This document shows positions 1 through 10,253 of a stretch of 43,161 nucleotides of DNA, piece by piece. Under the pieces are notes generated by a model that was not told the origin of the DNA, did no database searches, and saw only the letters and a list, made by a program, of their open reading frames with translations. Position 1 is the first letter of the stretch. Every line of letters starts with the position of its first letter. This DNA is from Tubiluchus corallicola (taxonomy: Eukaryota > Animalia > Priapulida): contig JAQGDQ010002432.1 in NCBI GenBank assembly GCA_030141605.1, forward strand, positions 1 through 43,161, read 5' to 3'. Made by a program: the position numbers and the translations under genes.

Positions 1-116
1 CATAACAAGCCGTTATTTTCAATTTTATCAATTTATTTTAAGTATTGCTGAATCAGTTAAATACAGCGCAATATAGTTATTTATTTCTATTTGTATTTAT
101 TGATTCTTATTCCAAA

Positions 117-157
117 TGTTAGTACTTTTGTTAGTGAGAATATAAAAAGTACTAACA
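117..157 (+). promoter_or_regulatory. Left-end arm-type repeats overlapping the integrase promoter
   Basis: TGTTAGTACTTTT (117-129) and its perfect inverse AAAAGTACTAACA (145-157); a tandem TGTTAGT at 129-135; TACTTTTG (123-130) fits the TAnnTTTG -7 box. Confidence 0.65.
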
Positions 158-158
158 A

Positions 159-1436
159 ATGGCACTTCCTACAATTTCCCATCCTGAACTCGATGAAGAC
201 CTCTTAAAAACCAAAGGTGTTTCGCTGGTTGCTTTTTTCGACCATGTGAGAAAAAGAAAAGATGGAACGGCAACGGTAAAATTGAGAATTGTACACAAAC
301 GATTTCCAAAATATTATTCCACTAAAATTTCGATGGATGAAAAAAGCTATTTGAAATTGTGCAACAATGGGAAAGCAGCCGATATAAAAACGAAAAGAAT
401 AAAAATACACGAAAGCCTAAAAAAAGCATTCGATATAATTAACGAGTTGCCAGAGTTTTCATTTGAGGTATTCGATAAAAAATACAAGCTAAAAAGAACC
501 GAAAACAATATTTTTCCATATTTCGATAATTACATAAAACAGCTAAACGATGAGGGGCGTGTTGGAAATGCCAATTCATATTTTTATGCTAAAAAGAAAC
601 TAAGCGAGTTTTCCAAAAAAGACAAATTGCCATTTGAAACAATTACTGTTCAGTTTCTGAAAAAGTTTGAAAGATGGATGCTAAGCAATGAAAGCAGCCC
701 GACTTCGATAGGTTATTATACCCGATGCTTTAAAAAGCTATACAACGATGCCATAAGAGACGGCAACGCAAACCAAGCTAATTACCCTTTTGGCAGTTTG
801 AAAAAAGGATTTTACAGCCCACCTGCTCCAAAAAACATAAAAAAGGCACTTTCGTTTGCAGACCTGAAAAAGATATTTGAGTACAAGCCAGAGCCGGGTA
901 GCTCAGAACATTACTATTCTGATATTTGGAAGTTCAGCTATTTGTGTAACGGTATAAATATGAAAGATATTTGTTTGTTGAAATACAGCAACGTTATAGG
1001 GAACAATATTTATTTCAACAGGGCGAAATTGGCAACCACCAAACGCGATGGAAAACCAATTCAGATTTCTATTATTGAGCAAACAAAAGAAATTATTGAG
1101 CGTTGGGGCAATAAACCAACTTTGCCGGATTCTTTTATTTTCCCAATCTTCAAAAATGGATTAACACCATTGGAGCAACAAGCACAAATAAAGCAGCTAA
1201 CAAAGCAGGTAAATAAATACATTAAACGAATTGCCGCGAATTTAGAAATAGAACAAAACATTTCTACCTACACAGCCCGACATAGTTTTTCTACCGTACT
1301 AAAACGCTCAGGTGTTAGTGTGGAATATATTTCTGAGAGCCTTGGACATTCGAACCTAAAAACAACCGAAAGTTATTTAGATAGCTTTGAGGACGAAACC
1401 AGAGAAGCCAACACAAAAAAATTATTAGAATTTTAA
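159..1436 (+). CDS. Tyrosine recombinase/integrase, Bacteroidota type (arm-binding N-terminus, SAM-like core, catalytic domain)
   Basis: N-terminal KDG..VKLRI...R..KYYST arm-domain pattern; C-terminal YTARHSF, LGHS and TTESY (catalytic Tyr). Box I reads GINMKD, without the canonical Arg, as in some Bacteroidota integrases. Confidence 0.95.
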   Translation: MALPTISHPELDEDLLKTKGVSLVAFFDHVRKRKDGTATVKLRIVHKRFPKYYSTKISMDEKSYLKLCNNGKAADIKTKRIKIHESLKKAFDIINELPEFSFEVFDKKYKLKRTENNIFPYFDNYIKQLNDEGRVGNANSYFYAKKKLSEFSKKDKLPFETITVQFLKKFERWMLSNESSPTSIGYYTRCFKKLYNDAIRDGNANQANYPFGSLKKGFYSPPAPKNIKKALSFADLKKIFEYKPEPGSSEHYYSDIWKFSYLCNGINMKDICLLKYSNVIGNNIYFNRAKLATTKRDGKPIQISIIEQTKEIIERWGNKPTLPDSFIFPIFKNGLTPLEQQAQIKQLTKQVNKYIKRIAANLEIEQNISTYTARHSFSTVLKRSGVSVEYISESLGHSNLKTTESYLDSFEDETREANTKKLLEF

Positions 1437-1446
1437 AGTACCCCTT

Positions 1447-2808
1447 ATGACAATTACAGACCAAATTATTGAGGCGGCTGATACACATTGCAGGTTTGCA
1501 ACAAGCAGTATTCTGAAAAAAGCAAGCAACCTCATCAAAGCCGACCAAGCAGCATTTTACACAAAAAAGTATCAGGAATATTCAGGACTTATAAACGAAA
1601 GTAAATATTCGGCTACGTTGCCACTAAAGCACATAACAAAGTACAATCAGTACGAAGAAATTATGGAGGCAATCTATAATGATTTTTATCCATTAAGCCC
1701 ACGACAGCAAATAGACTTTCGAGATATAGAAAACGAAACTCCGGCAATGGGAGCGAATAAAACACCCGTTGTTAAAAAGTATTTCGATTTTTCCAGAGAT
1801 ACCGAAAAAGGACAGGAATTAACAAGCTACCTAACCAATCTTTTTATTCTAAGGTGGTTAAAAGGCAAAATGGGGTACGACACTAGCCGCTATCCAAACA
1901 AAGAGTATTTGATTGTCTTTGACCATGAAAACACCATCTACATTTGGAAAAGAGAAATAGCAAGCAATCCACGTTTGTATATCGACAAAAACGGGAACGA
2001 AGAAATTCTGGAAGTGTACCACAACATATATTTTCATTTAGGTTTTGGAATTGGAAAACTAACACCCCTGTTAGAAAAACTGCCATATTTAGAGGGCGAT
2101 GAGGCGCAAAAAGAGTTTGATATTAACTGGTATAAAGCTAAAAAGCAATCGCCATTAACTTATCGTTGTTTTCCCAATACATTTACGGTAATTGTTCGCC
2201 CTGACCCAAACCCCGACTTATGTAAACATGCCGGAGAGTATTGTGTTGAAAAAGAAGAAATGGACGAACGATTTGCACGTTTTATGAATGTGTATAATGC
2301 AATTGATAAAAGTGAACAACAAACACTAATAATCAATTCTATTGACTATTTCGAGAAATTTCTAAGAACAGATTGTTTCGAAAAAACCATTCACAAACAA
2401 CATTTCGAAGATTTACTATTGCAATTGCAAAATCTGAAACCAACAAAAAGCAACCAGATAAGTAGTTTTGAATCTTCTGAAAAAACAATCAAGTCATTTT
2501 CTGATTATCTAATTGGTGGCGATAAGCTAAAAGCAGAATTGCTTAAAGTTCTGATTGTAGGCTACAAAGGACTAAAAGGAAAAGATATTGCAATTATGAT
2601 TATGGCATTGGAAGTCAGCAAACTAATTGCATATTTAGAGAAAGCGGAGCTTTACAGGGCAATTCGTTCGATGTTTGGCGATATTGGAAAAGATTCTGGA
2701 ATAAATAGATATTTGACACCGACAATGCGAAATGAAGATGAAATGAAAAGAACAGTGGAACTTCACGCAGAAAAAATAAAAAAACAGATAGAAAATTTCC
2801 CAAAATAG
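1447..2808 (+). CDS. Hypothetical protein (453 aa) between int and xis
   Basis: Long ORF starting 10 bp after int; no motif recognised. Confidence 0.75.
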   Translation: MTITDQIIEAADTHCRFATSSILKKASNLIKADQAAFYTKKYQEYSGLINESKYSATLPLKHITKYNQYEEIMEAIYNDFYPLSPRQQIDFRDIENETPAMGANKTPVVKKYFDFSRDTEKGQELTSYLTNLFILRWLKGKMGYDTSRYPNKEYLIVFDHENTIYIWKREIASNPRLYIDKNGNEEILEVYHNIYFHLGFGIGKLTPLLEKLPYLEGDEAQKEFDINWYKAKKQSPLTYRCFPNTFTVIVRPDPNPDLCKHAGEYCVEKEEMDERFARFMNVYNAIDKSEQQTLIINSIDYFEKFLRTDCFEKTIHKQHFEDLLLQLQNLKPTKSNQISSFESSEKTIKSFSDYLIGGDKLKAELLKVLIVGYKGLKGKDIAIMIMALEVSKLIAYLEKAELYRAIRSMFGDIGKDSGINRYLTPTMRNEDEMKRTVELHAEKIKKQIENFPK

Positions 2809-2918
2809 TTGTTTTTGATTGTTTAAAGTTGCGACAACCAGAGACAACTTACAATTCATAAATACCCCACTAACACTTCATAATTTCGGCTAAAAATAAC
2901 GTAACAAATATTTTTAGC

Positions 2919-3230
2919 ATGGAAAATAATATCACTTTCGACAAGCTCCCATCGGCTGTTCAGGAACTAAATAACAGGCTGATACGGATTGAGCATCTTC
3001 TAAAATCTAAATCTGAAAAATCTGATTCGGAACAGTGGTTCGACTTGGATAAACTAATTGAGTATTTGCCCGACCATCCGGCAAAGCAAACCATTTACGG
3101 CTTAGTTTCTAACCGAAAAATACCATTCCACAAAAGAGGCAAACGATTAATATTTTCTAAGAAAAGTATTGATAGTTGGTTGGAAGATGGGAGGCAGGAA
3201 ACAACAGAAGAAATAAGAAGCAAATTGTAA
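2919..3230 (+). CDS. Excisionase-like helix-turn-helix protein (HTH_17 type)
   Basis: LIEYLP..AKQTIYGLVSNRKIPFHKRGKRLIFSKKSIDSWL; N-terminal TFDKLPSAV typical of Bacteroidota element Xis proteins. Confidence 0.9.
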   Translation: MENNITFDKLPSAVQELNNRLIRIEHLLKSKSEKSDSEQWFDLDKLIEYLPDHPAKQTIYGLVSNRKIPFHKRGKRLIFSKKSIDSWLEDGRQETTEEIRSKL

Positions 3231-3238
3231 TTGGTAGC

Positions 3239-4336
3239 ATGAGAGCCGGAACAGAAAGTAATGGATTTGGGAAAGAGCAAATCTATACGTTAGCACAAAG
3301 CGAGACACAAAAACAGCCTCAAAACTCCCGAAAGACAATAGTAACGGGCAAAGGGACAGACATAAAAAATACAGATGTGTTAGCAAAAAGAGCCAAACGA
3401 AAAGTAATTTCCAGAAAAATGATATTAGCTCTTATTGATGTAGCAAAAGAAAAAGGCGAAACCGAAAGAGTACAGGCGTATTGGAGAACTTACCGTTGCC
3501 AAAGCAAGGCAACCTTATCTGATGGGAAACTATACACCAAGTATTGCAAAAATAGATTTTGTACAGTGTGTAATGCTATTCGTAAAGCTGAAATGATTAA
3601 CCGTTATTATCCTGTTATTTCGCAGTGGGAAGATGTTCATTTTGTAACCTTAACCGTTAAGGCAGTTAAAGCAGAGGGGCTTAATCTAAGAATGAATAAA
3701 ATGCTTAAGGCTTTTAGCAGGTTACACAATCGCTGTAAAAAAAGACACCAACGGGGAACAGGAATAAAGCTAATAGGCATAAAATCTTTAGAATGCAATT
3801 TCAACCCAATTAAAAAAACCTACAATCCACATTTTCACCTCATCGTTCCGAGCAAAGAAATAGCCGAATTGCTAAAAACAGAATGGATAAGAACTTGGAG
3901 ACCGATACCTAAAGAAACATATAGGTATAAATACACTTCGCCCAAAGCACAAAAGATAAGTAAGGTTGATGGTTTGAAAAATGGACTTATTGAAACCATC
4001 AAATACGGTAGTAAAGTATTTACCGAACCTGATGGAAAGAAAAGGAGCAGAAAAACGAAACCAACGATACCGCCTAAAATTTACGCCAATGCTTTAGATA
4101 ATATTCTGGCAGCAATGAAAGGCAAACAGGTATTCAAAAGTTTTGGTTTTAGTTTGCCTCATCAAATGCCAAAAGAGGCTACATTCAAACTGGTTGAAAA
4201 TTACGAAACATGGCTTTTCCCAAAAGATGCTACCGACTGGATAAATCCAGAAACAGGCGAAGCCCTAACAGGCTATTTGCCACCCCTGCAATTAAGTTAT
4301 TTGTTGAATGATTGTATTGATAAGAAGCTTTGCTAA
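3239..4336 (+). CDS. rep: Rolling-circle replication initiator (HUH, Rep_1/pC194-like)
   Basis: CKNRFCTVC Zn-binding motif, motif I FVTLTV, motif II NPHFHLI (HUH), motif III ETIKYGSK. ATG at 3239 preferred over the ORF-track start at 3176. Confidence 0.88.
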   Translation: MRAGTESNGFGKEQIYTLAQSETQKQPQNSRKTIVTGKGTDIKNTDVLAKRAKRKVISRKMILALIDVAKEKGETERVQAYWRTYRCQSKATLSDGKLYTKYCKNRFCTVCNAIRKAEMINRYYPVISQWEDVHFVTLTVKAVKAEGLNLRMNKMLKAFSRLHNRCKKRHQRGTGIKLIGIKSLECNFNPIKKTYNPHFHLIVPSKEIAELLKTEWIRTWRPIPKETYRYKYTSPKAQKISKVDGLKNGLIETIKYGSKVFTEPDGKKRSRKTKPTIPPKIYANALDNILAAMKGKQVFKSFGFSLPHQMPKEATFKLVENYETWLFPKDATDWINPETGEALTGYLPPLQLSYLLNDCIDKKLC

Positions 4337-4346
4337 TATATTTTTC

Positions 4347-4354
4347 TAAATTTG
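4347..4354 (+). promoter_or_regulatory. Candidate -7 box of the hsd operon promoter
   Basis: TAAATTTG matches TAnnTTTG, 37 nt before the hsdM start. Confidence 0.45.
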
Positions 4355-4391
4355 GTTTTCTAAAAAAATTACACAAAATCAACTTAAGCGC

Positions 4392-5954
4392 ATGAGCGAA
4401 GAACAAAAGCGACTACTCGAACAACAACTCTGGAATATTGCCAACGAGTTACGCGGCAAAATGGATGCCGACGAATTTAGAGATTATATTCTAGGATTTA
4501 TTTTCTTCAAATACCTATCGGAAAAACAATACCTGTTTGCCAACGAACTACTGGAAACAGAAGATATAAAAGATTATTTGCGCATTACCGATGCCGATGA
4601 TTTAGAAGCCATACGCGACGATTCCTTGTTGAAGTTGGGCTACTTTCTTAAACCCGACGAACTGTTTAGCTCAATAGCTAAAAAAGGCAACGGTAACACT
4701 GAGGACGAAAGCAACTTTATTCTGGAAGATTTGGGCGTTATCCTCAACCACATTGAGCAAAGTACAATGGGTACGGAAAGCGAGGACGATTTTAACAAAC
4801 TGTTTGAAGATTTAGACCTTAGCAGCACCAAGTTAGGGCGTACCGTTGAGGCACGAAACGCATTAATTGCAAAAGTACTACAACACTTAGATAAAATTGA
4901 TTTTGAGTTAGCCGATGCCGACAGCGATGTTTTGGGCGATGCCTACGAATACCTGATAGGGCAATTTGCCAGTGGTGCAGGTAAAAAGGCAGGCGAATTT
5001 TATACCCCTCAGCCTGTTTCTAAAATATTAGCCAAAATTGTTACCACGGGCAAAAAACGCCTTAAATCGGTGTACGACCCTGCTTGTGGCTCTGGCTCGT
5101 TGTTATTGCGTGTAAGCCGCGAGGCTGAGGTAAGCGAGTTTTTTGGGCAGGAACTAAACCGCACTACCTACAACCTTGCCCGAATGAACATGATTTTGCA
5201 CGATGTACATTTTAGCAAATTCGATATTAAGCAGGAAGATACACTGGTAGAACCGCAACACTTCGACGACCGTTTTGAGGCAGTTGTTGCCAACCCTCCT
5301 TTTTCGGCTAAGTGGAAAGGAAAAGACAACCCACTAAACGAAAACGACGAACGTTTTAGCCAGTACGGACGATTAGCACCCAACAGTGCAGCCGATTTTG
5401 CCTTTGTGCAACACATGATACACCAATTGGCCGACAACGGCACAATGGCCTGTGTATTGCCCCATGGGGTATTGTTTAGAGGTGCAGCCGAAGCCACCAT
5501 ACGCCAATACATTATTGAAAAGCAAAACTACTTAGATGCCGTTATTGGATTGCCTGCCAATATTTTTTACGGAACAAGTATTCCCACCTGTATTTTGGTG
5601 CTAAGCAAATGCCGTGTAAGCGATAAAGATATTCTGTTTATTGATGCAAGTAAAGAGTTTGAAAAGGTAGGCAATAAAAACACGCTAACCGATGCTAACA
5701 TTGATAAAATAGTAGATACCTACCGCCAACGTAAAGCCATTGATAAATACAGCTACATTGCCCCTATTGATGAGGTAAAAGAAAACGACTACAACCTAAA
5801 TATTCCGCGTTATGTTGATACTTTTGAAGAAGAAGAACCCATTGATTTAGCAGAGGTAGCCAACGAGCTTAAAGCCTTAGAGAAAGATATTTCTGCAACA
5901 GATACTACCATTGCCAACTTTTGCCAGCAACTAAACATTGAAACACCTTTTTAG
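4392..5954 (+). CDS. hsdM: Type I R-M methyltransferase subunit M
   Basis: LWNIANELRG, GEFYTP, YDPACGSGSLL, ANPPF, YNLNIPRYV motifs. Confidence 0.97.
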   Translation: MSEEQKRLLEQQLWNIANELRGKMDADEFRDYILGFIFFKYLSEKQYLFANELLETEDIKDYLRITDADDLEAIRDDSLLKLGYFLKPDELFSSIAKKGNGNTEDESNFILEDLGVILNHIEQSTMGTESEDDFNKLFEDLDLSSTKLGRTVEARNALIAKVLQHLDKIDFELADADSDVLGDAYEYLIGQFASGAGKKAGEFYTPQPVSKILAKIVTTGKKRLKSVYDPACGSGSLLLRVSREAEVSEFFGQELNRTTYNLARMNMILHDVHFSKFDIKQEDTLVEPQHFDDRFEAVVANPPFSAKWKGKDNPLNENDERFSQYGRLAPNSAADFAFVQHMIHQLADNGTMACVLPHGVLFRGAAEATIRQYIIEKQNYLDAVIGLPANIFYGTSIPTCILVLSKCRVSDKDILFIDASKEFEKVGNKNTLTDANIDKIVDTYRQRKAIDKYSYIAPIDEVKENDYNLNIPRYVDTFEEEEPIDLAEVANELKALEKDISATDTTIANFCQQLNIETPF

Positions 5955-5955
5955 T

Positions 5956-7128
5956 ATGGAAGCTGTACAAAAGAACATACCAGAATTGCGGTTTCCTGAG
6001 TTTAGTGATGAATGGGAAAGAAACAATCTTCAATCTTTGACCAATAAGACTATTTCGTACGGCATAGTACAAACAGGCGAAAATATTGAATCAGGAATAC
6101 CATGTGTACGAGTTGTTGACTTAACAAGTGGTAAACTTGAACCAAATCAAATGATTAAGACCACAGATAAGATAAGCAACTCTTATGCAAAAACTGTTTT
6201 GGAATTACATGAGATAATGTTTGCATTGAGGGGGGAAATTGGATTAGTTGATATTGTTAGGGAAAATCTTATCGGTGCAAATCTTACCAGAGGTGTTGCA
6301 AGAATTTCAGCGAATACACAAATTGTCTATCCCAATTTTCTTTTATGGGTTATTAGGTCGCCTAAAGGAAACGGAAATATTTTAAAAAGGGTAAACGGCT
6401 CAGCACTTAAAGAAATACCGTTAACTGAACTTAGAAAGGTTAGTTTGCCATATCCACAGCTCCCCGAACAACAAAAAATAGCCCAATTCCTAAGCTCAGT
6501 AGATACCAAAATAGAGCAGCTAAGCAAAAAGAAACAGCTTTTAGAGCAATACAAAAAAGGCGTAATGCAGCAAATATTTAGCCAGCAGTTACGCTTTAAA
6601 AAAGAAGATGGTTCTGATTATGCGGATTGGGAGGTTAGGAAGTTGGGGGAAATAGCCAATATTACAACTGGTAGTTCTAATAGGGTGGATTCTGGCTTAG
6701 ATGGCAAGTACACTTTTTTTGACCGCTCAGAAGATATAAGAACAAGTAATGTATTCCTTTTCGATGGCGAAGCAATAATTGTTGCAGGTGAGGGGTCTGA
6801 TTTTGTACCTAAATACTTCATTGGTAAGTTCGATTTGCATCAAAGAACCTACTCTATAATGGATTTCAAAAACGCTAATGGCAAATTCCTGTTTTATTAC
6901 ATTCACTTTTTCAGAAGATACTTTTTAAGTCAGGCGGTTGGTTCAACAGTTAAGTCTTTAAGGTTGCCGATGTTTCAAAAAATGAAAATCCAATTGCCTT
7001 GTAAAGAAGAACAAACCCAAATCGCCAATTTCCTAAGTGCCATTGATAAAAAAATAGAGCTTGTAAATACCCAGTTAAATAAAACACAGGCGTTTAAAAA
7101 AGGCTTGTTGCAGCAAATGTTTGTATAG
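5956..7128 (+). CDS. hsdS: Type I R-M specificity subunit S
   Basis: PELRFPEF start; two TRDs with conserved EQQKIAQFL / EQTQIANFL regions; ends KKGLLQQMFV. Confidence 0.96.
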   Translation: MEAVQKNIPELRFPEFSDEWERNNLQSLTNKTISYGIVQTGENIESGIPCVRVVDLTSGKLEPNQMIKTTDKISNSYAKTVLELHEIMFALRGEIGLVDIVRENLIGANLTRGVARISANTQIVYPNFLLWVIRSPKGNGNILKRVNGSALKEIPLTELRKVSLPYPQLPEQQKIAQFLSSVDTKIEQLSKKKQLLEQYKKGVMQQIFSQQLRFKKEDGSDYADWEVRKLGEIANITTGSSNRVDSGLDGKYTFFDRSEDIRTSNVFLFDGEAIIVAGEGSDFVPKYFIGKFDLHQRTYSIMDFKNANGKFLFYYIHFFRRYFLSQAVGSTVKSLRLPMFQKMKIQLPCKEEQTQIANFLSAIDKKIELVNTQLNKTQAFKKGLLQQMFV

Positions 7129-7130
7129 TT

Positions 7131-9968
7131 ATGAATACAACACAATCAGAATACAGTTTAGAAGAAAACTTACTCAAACAGTTACAGCAATTAGGATACA
7201 ATAAAGTTGTAATAAAAGACGAAACCGACCTCATCGCCAACCTAAAAACACAATTGGAAAAGCACAATAAAACCACGCTTTCCGACAACGAGTTTAAGCA
7301 GTTACTTAACCAATTGGCAAAGGGCAACATCTACGAGAAAGCCCAAACCTTACGCGATAAAGTAGAGTATAAAAAAGACAATGGCGATACGGGGTATATT
7401 GAACTAATCAATCAGATACATTGGTGCAAAAACCAATACCAGGTTACCAACCAAATTACCATAAAAGGGAAATACGAAAACCGCTACGATGTTACAATCC
7501 TTATAAACGGTTTGCCTTTAGCGCAAATAGAGCTAAAACGCAGGGGCTTGGAGCTAAAAGAAGCTTTCAACCAAATAAATCGTTACGAGCGTTTTACTTT
7601 TGGTTCGGGTTACGGCTTATTCAACTTTATACAGCTTTTTGTTATCAGCAACGGGGTAAATACAAAATACTTTGCCAACAATCCTGTAAAAGCCCGTTCG
7701 TTCAAACAAACCTTTTATTGGGCTGATGAAGAAAATAACCTCATTACCAACCTGCCCGAATTTACCAACGCTTTTTTAGAGCCTTGCCACCTCTCTAAAA
7801 TGATAACCAAATACATTGTTCTCAATACAGCTAATATTCTTATGGTTCTCCGACCCTACCAATATTACGCCACCGAAGCAATTGTTGAACGGGTAAAGAA
7901 CACCCGAAAAAATGGATATATCTGGCACACTACCGGCTCAGGTAAAACACTAACATCGTTTAAGGCAGCACAAATACTTACCAACTTAGAAAAGGTGCAT
8001 AAAGTGGTATTTGTGGTTGACCGCAAAGATTTGGATTATCAAACCATTCGGGAGTTCAATAGCTTTAGCGAGGGGAGTATTGATGCCACCAACAACACTA
8101 AAACACTGGTTAAACAATTTGGTAACGATACACCACTAATTGTTACCACGATACAAAAGCTAAATACAGCCATCGAAAAGCCTAAGTATTTGGCAAACAT
8201 GGAACACCTGAAAGATAAACGCGTGGTGTTTATTTTCGATGAGTGCCACCGCAGCCAGTTTGGCGAAACCCACAACCGAATAAAAGCTTTCTTTGCAAAA
8301 GCGCAAATGTTTGGTTTTACAGGGACACCCATTTTTGCCGATAATTCAGTTAAAAACGCTTTAGGCAAACGAACCACTAAAGACTTATTTGAAGAATGCC
8401 TGCATAAATACGTTATTACCGATGCCATACGCGACCGCAATGTGCTAAAGTTCTCAATAGAATACATTAGCACTTTTAAGGGCAAAGACGATATTGTAGA
8501 TATTAAAGTGGACGATATTGATACAACCGAGGTAATGGAAGCCCCAGAGCGTATAGAAGCCATTACTGATTATGTTATTGCCAACCACAGCCGCAAAACC
8601 CACAATAAGAAGTTTACAGCCATTTTTGCAGTAAGCAGTGTTAAAACGCTTATTCGGTATTACGAACTACTAAAAGCTAAAAAACAAGCAGGTGAACACG
8701 ATTTGCGTTTTGCAACAATCTATTCGTACAATGCCAATCAATTAGATGAGGACGCAAAAGGTTTTATTCCCGATGAGGATTTTGCCGATTTTGCAGCCGA
8801 ACCACAAAGTCAGTACGATACAAAGCACACACGCGAAAAGCTGGACGAGTTTATTGAGGATTACAACAACGAGTTCAACACCAACTACTCAACCAACGAG
8901 TTTTACACCTATTATAAAGACATTGGCAAACGGGTAAAAAACAAACAGGTTGATATTTTATTGGTTGTAAATATGTTTCTAACAGGTTTTGACAGTAAGC
9001 CGCTAAATACAATTTACGTTGATAAAAACCTGAAATACCACGGCTTAATACAAGCCTATTCACGCACCAACCGCATACTGGACGAACTAAAATCGCAGGG
9101 CAATGTAGTTTGTTTCCGTAACCTAAAAGACGAAACCGACCAAGCCATTACGCTATTTTCCAACAAAGAGGCAATCGAAGAAATAATTGTTCAACCCTAC
9201 GAAGATTATATTGAAACGTTCAACGAGGCAGTTGATACAGTTGTAGCCATTGCCCCAACTTTCGACAGTGTAAACGAATTAGAATCTGAAACTGAAGAAC
9301 TGGAATTTGTAAAGGCATTCAGGGAACTAATGCGAATAAAAAACGTGTTAAACACATTTACCGAGTTTAGTTTCGACGACCTGCAAATGGATGAACAGAC
9401 TTTTGAGGACTACAAAAGCAAATACTTAGACCTTTACGAAAAAGTAAAATCAGACCGACAAAAAGAAAAGGTTTCCATTCTGGACGACATTGATTTTGAA
9501 TTGGAGCTTATAAGGCGCGATGAGGTTAATGTTGCCTACATTCTGAATCTGTTAACCAAATTATACGGAGCTAAACCAAAAGACAGAGAAAAGCAGCGCA
9601 AAGCCATTTCCGACATTTTAGCATCCGATACCCAGCTAAGAAGCAAAAAGGAATTAATAGAACGCTTTATAGAAGAAAACCTACCACTGGTAGCCAACAG
9701 CGATAATATAGAAGATGCCTTTGAAACTTTCTGGACAACCGAAAAGAAAAAGGCAATACAGCAATTAAGTAAAGACGAAAATCTGAATTACAACAATTTG
9801 GTTGCAACGGTTAGCAATTACCTATTCACACAAAAAGAGCCGATGAGGGATGAGGTAATTGGCTTAATGCAGGAAAGACCCAAGCTAAAAGAACGTGCAA
9901 GCATTGCGAAAAGAATAACCGCAAAGATTGTACAGTTTGTTGAGACTTTTATTGAGGGTATGGGGTAA
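7131..9968 (+). CDS. hsdR: Type I R-M restriction subunit R (EcoR124-like)
   Basis: IELK nuclease motif, HTTGSGKT Walker A, DECHRS, FTGTP, MFLTGFD, QAYSRTNR. Confidence 0.97.
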   Translation: MNTTQSEYSLEENLLKQLQQLGYNKVVIKDETDLIANLKTQLEKHNKTTLSDNEFKQLLNQLAKGNIYEKAQTLRDKVEYKKDNGDTGYIELINQIHWCKNQYQVTNQITIKGKYENRYDVTILINGLPLAQIELKRRGLELKEAFNQINRYERFTFGSGYGLFNFIQLFVISNGVNTKYFANNPVKARSFKQTFYWADEENNLITNLPEFTNAFLEPCHLSKMITKYIVLNTANILMVLRPYQYYATEAIVERVKNTRKNGYIWHTTGSGKTLTSFKAAQILTNLEKVHKVVFVVDRKDLDYQTIREFNSFSEGSIDATNNTKTLVKQFGNDTPLIVTTIQKLNTAIEKPKYLANMEHLKDKRVVFIFDECHRSQFGETHNRIKAFFAKAQMFGFTGTPIFADNSVKNALGKRTTKDLFEECLHKYVITDAIRDRNVLKFSIEYISTFKGKDDIVDIKVDDIDTTEVMEAPERIEAITDYVIANHSRKTHNKKFTAIFAVSSVKTLIRYYELLKAKKQAGEHDLRFATIYSYNANQLDEDAKGFIPDEDFADFAAEPQSQYDTKHTREKLDEFIEDYNNEFNTNYSTNEFYTYYKDIGKRVKNKQVDILLVVNMFLTGFDSKPLNTIYVDKNLKYHGLIQAYSRTNRILDELKSQGNVVCFRNLKDETDQAITLFSNKEAIEEIIVQPYEDYIETFNEAVDTVVAIAPTFDSVNELESETEELEFVKAFRELMRIKNVLNTFTEFSFDDLQMDEQTFEDYKSKYLDLYEKVKSDRQKEKVSILDDIDFELELIRRDEVNVAYILNLLTKLYGAKPKDREKQRKAISDILASDTQLRSKKELIERFIEENLPLVANSDNIEDAFETFWTTEKKKAIQQLSKDENLNYNNLVATVSNYLFTQKEPMRDEVIGLMQERPKLKERASIAKRITAKIVQFVETFIEGMG

Positions 9969-9993
9969 CGAATAAATATTTTCCCGTCGCACA

Positions 9994-10235
9994 GTTATTT
10001 ATTTTGTCACACTTTTTGTTAGCCCTCGCAGGTTAACACATTGCTTTTCGTGCCTCAAAGCAATAAGTTAATCCGGCACACAGTAACAAAAAGCCAACCA
10101 TCCCATTGCGCCCCAATGGTTTTGCGCCAAAATAAACAACCCAAAGCTACATTTACATAATGCGATATTATAGGAACAGCCGCACATTCCTAAGCTAAAC
10201 CCAAGCTATCCTATAATCACACTATGCAAAGTAGC
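9994..10235 (-). ncRNA. Candidate structured RNA or ssDNA element (two large hairpin domains)
   Basis: Stems 9994-10006/10128-10140, 10012-10021/10084-10093 and 10146-10180/10205-10235. Several mismatches are A-C on + and therefore G-U on -. Confidence 0.45.
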
Positions 10236-10253
10236 CCCACCGGATGCGAACGT

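Noticed and set aside
2829-2838. TTGCGACAA shared with the AbiE operator
   Set aside because: A 9-bp match in a different context; plausibly chance.
3279-3300. ATCTATACGTTAGCACAA as a possible pC194-type nick site
   Set aside because: Poor match to CTTGATA; the double-strand origin could not be located by eye.
5956-7128. Phase-variable hsdS shufflon
   Set aside because: Single hsdS; no silent TRDs, flanking inverted repeats or invertase seen.
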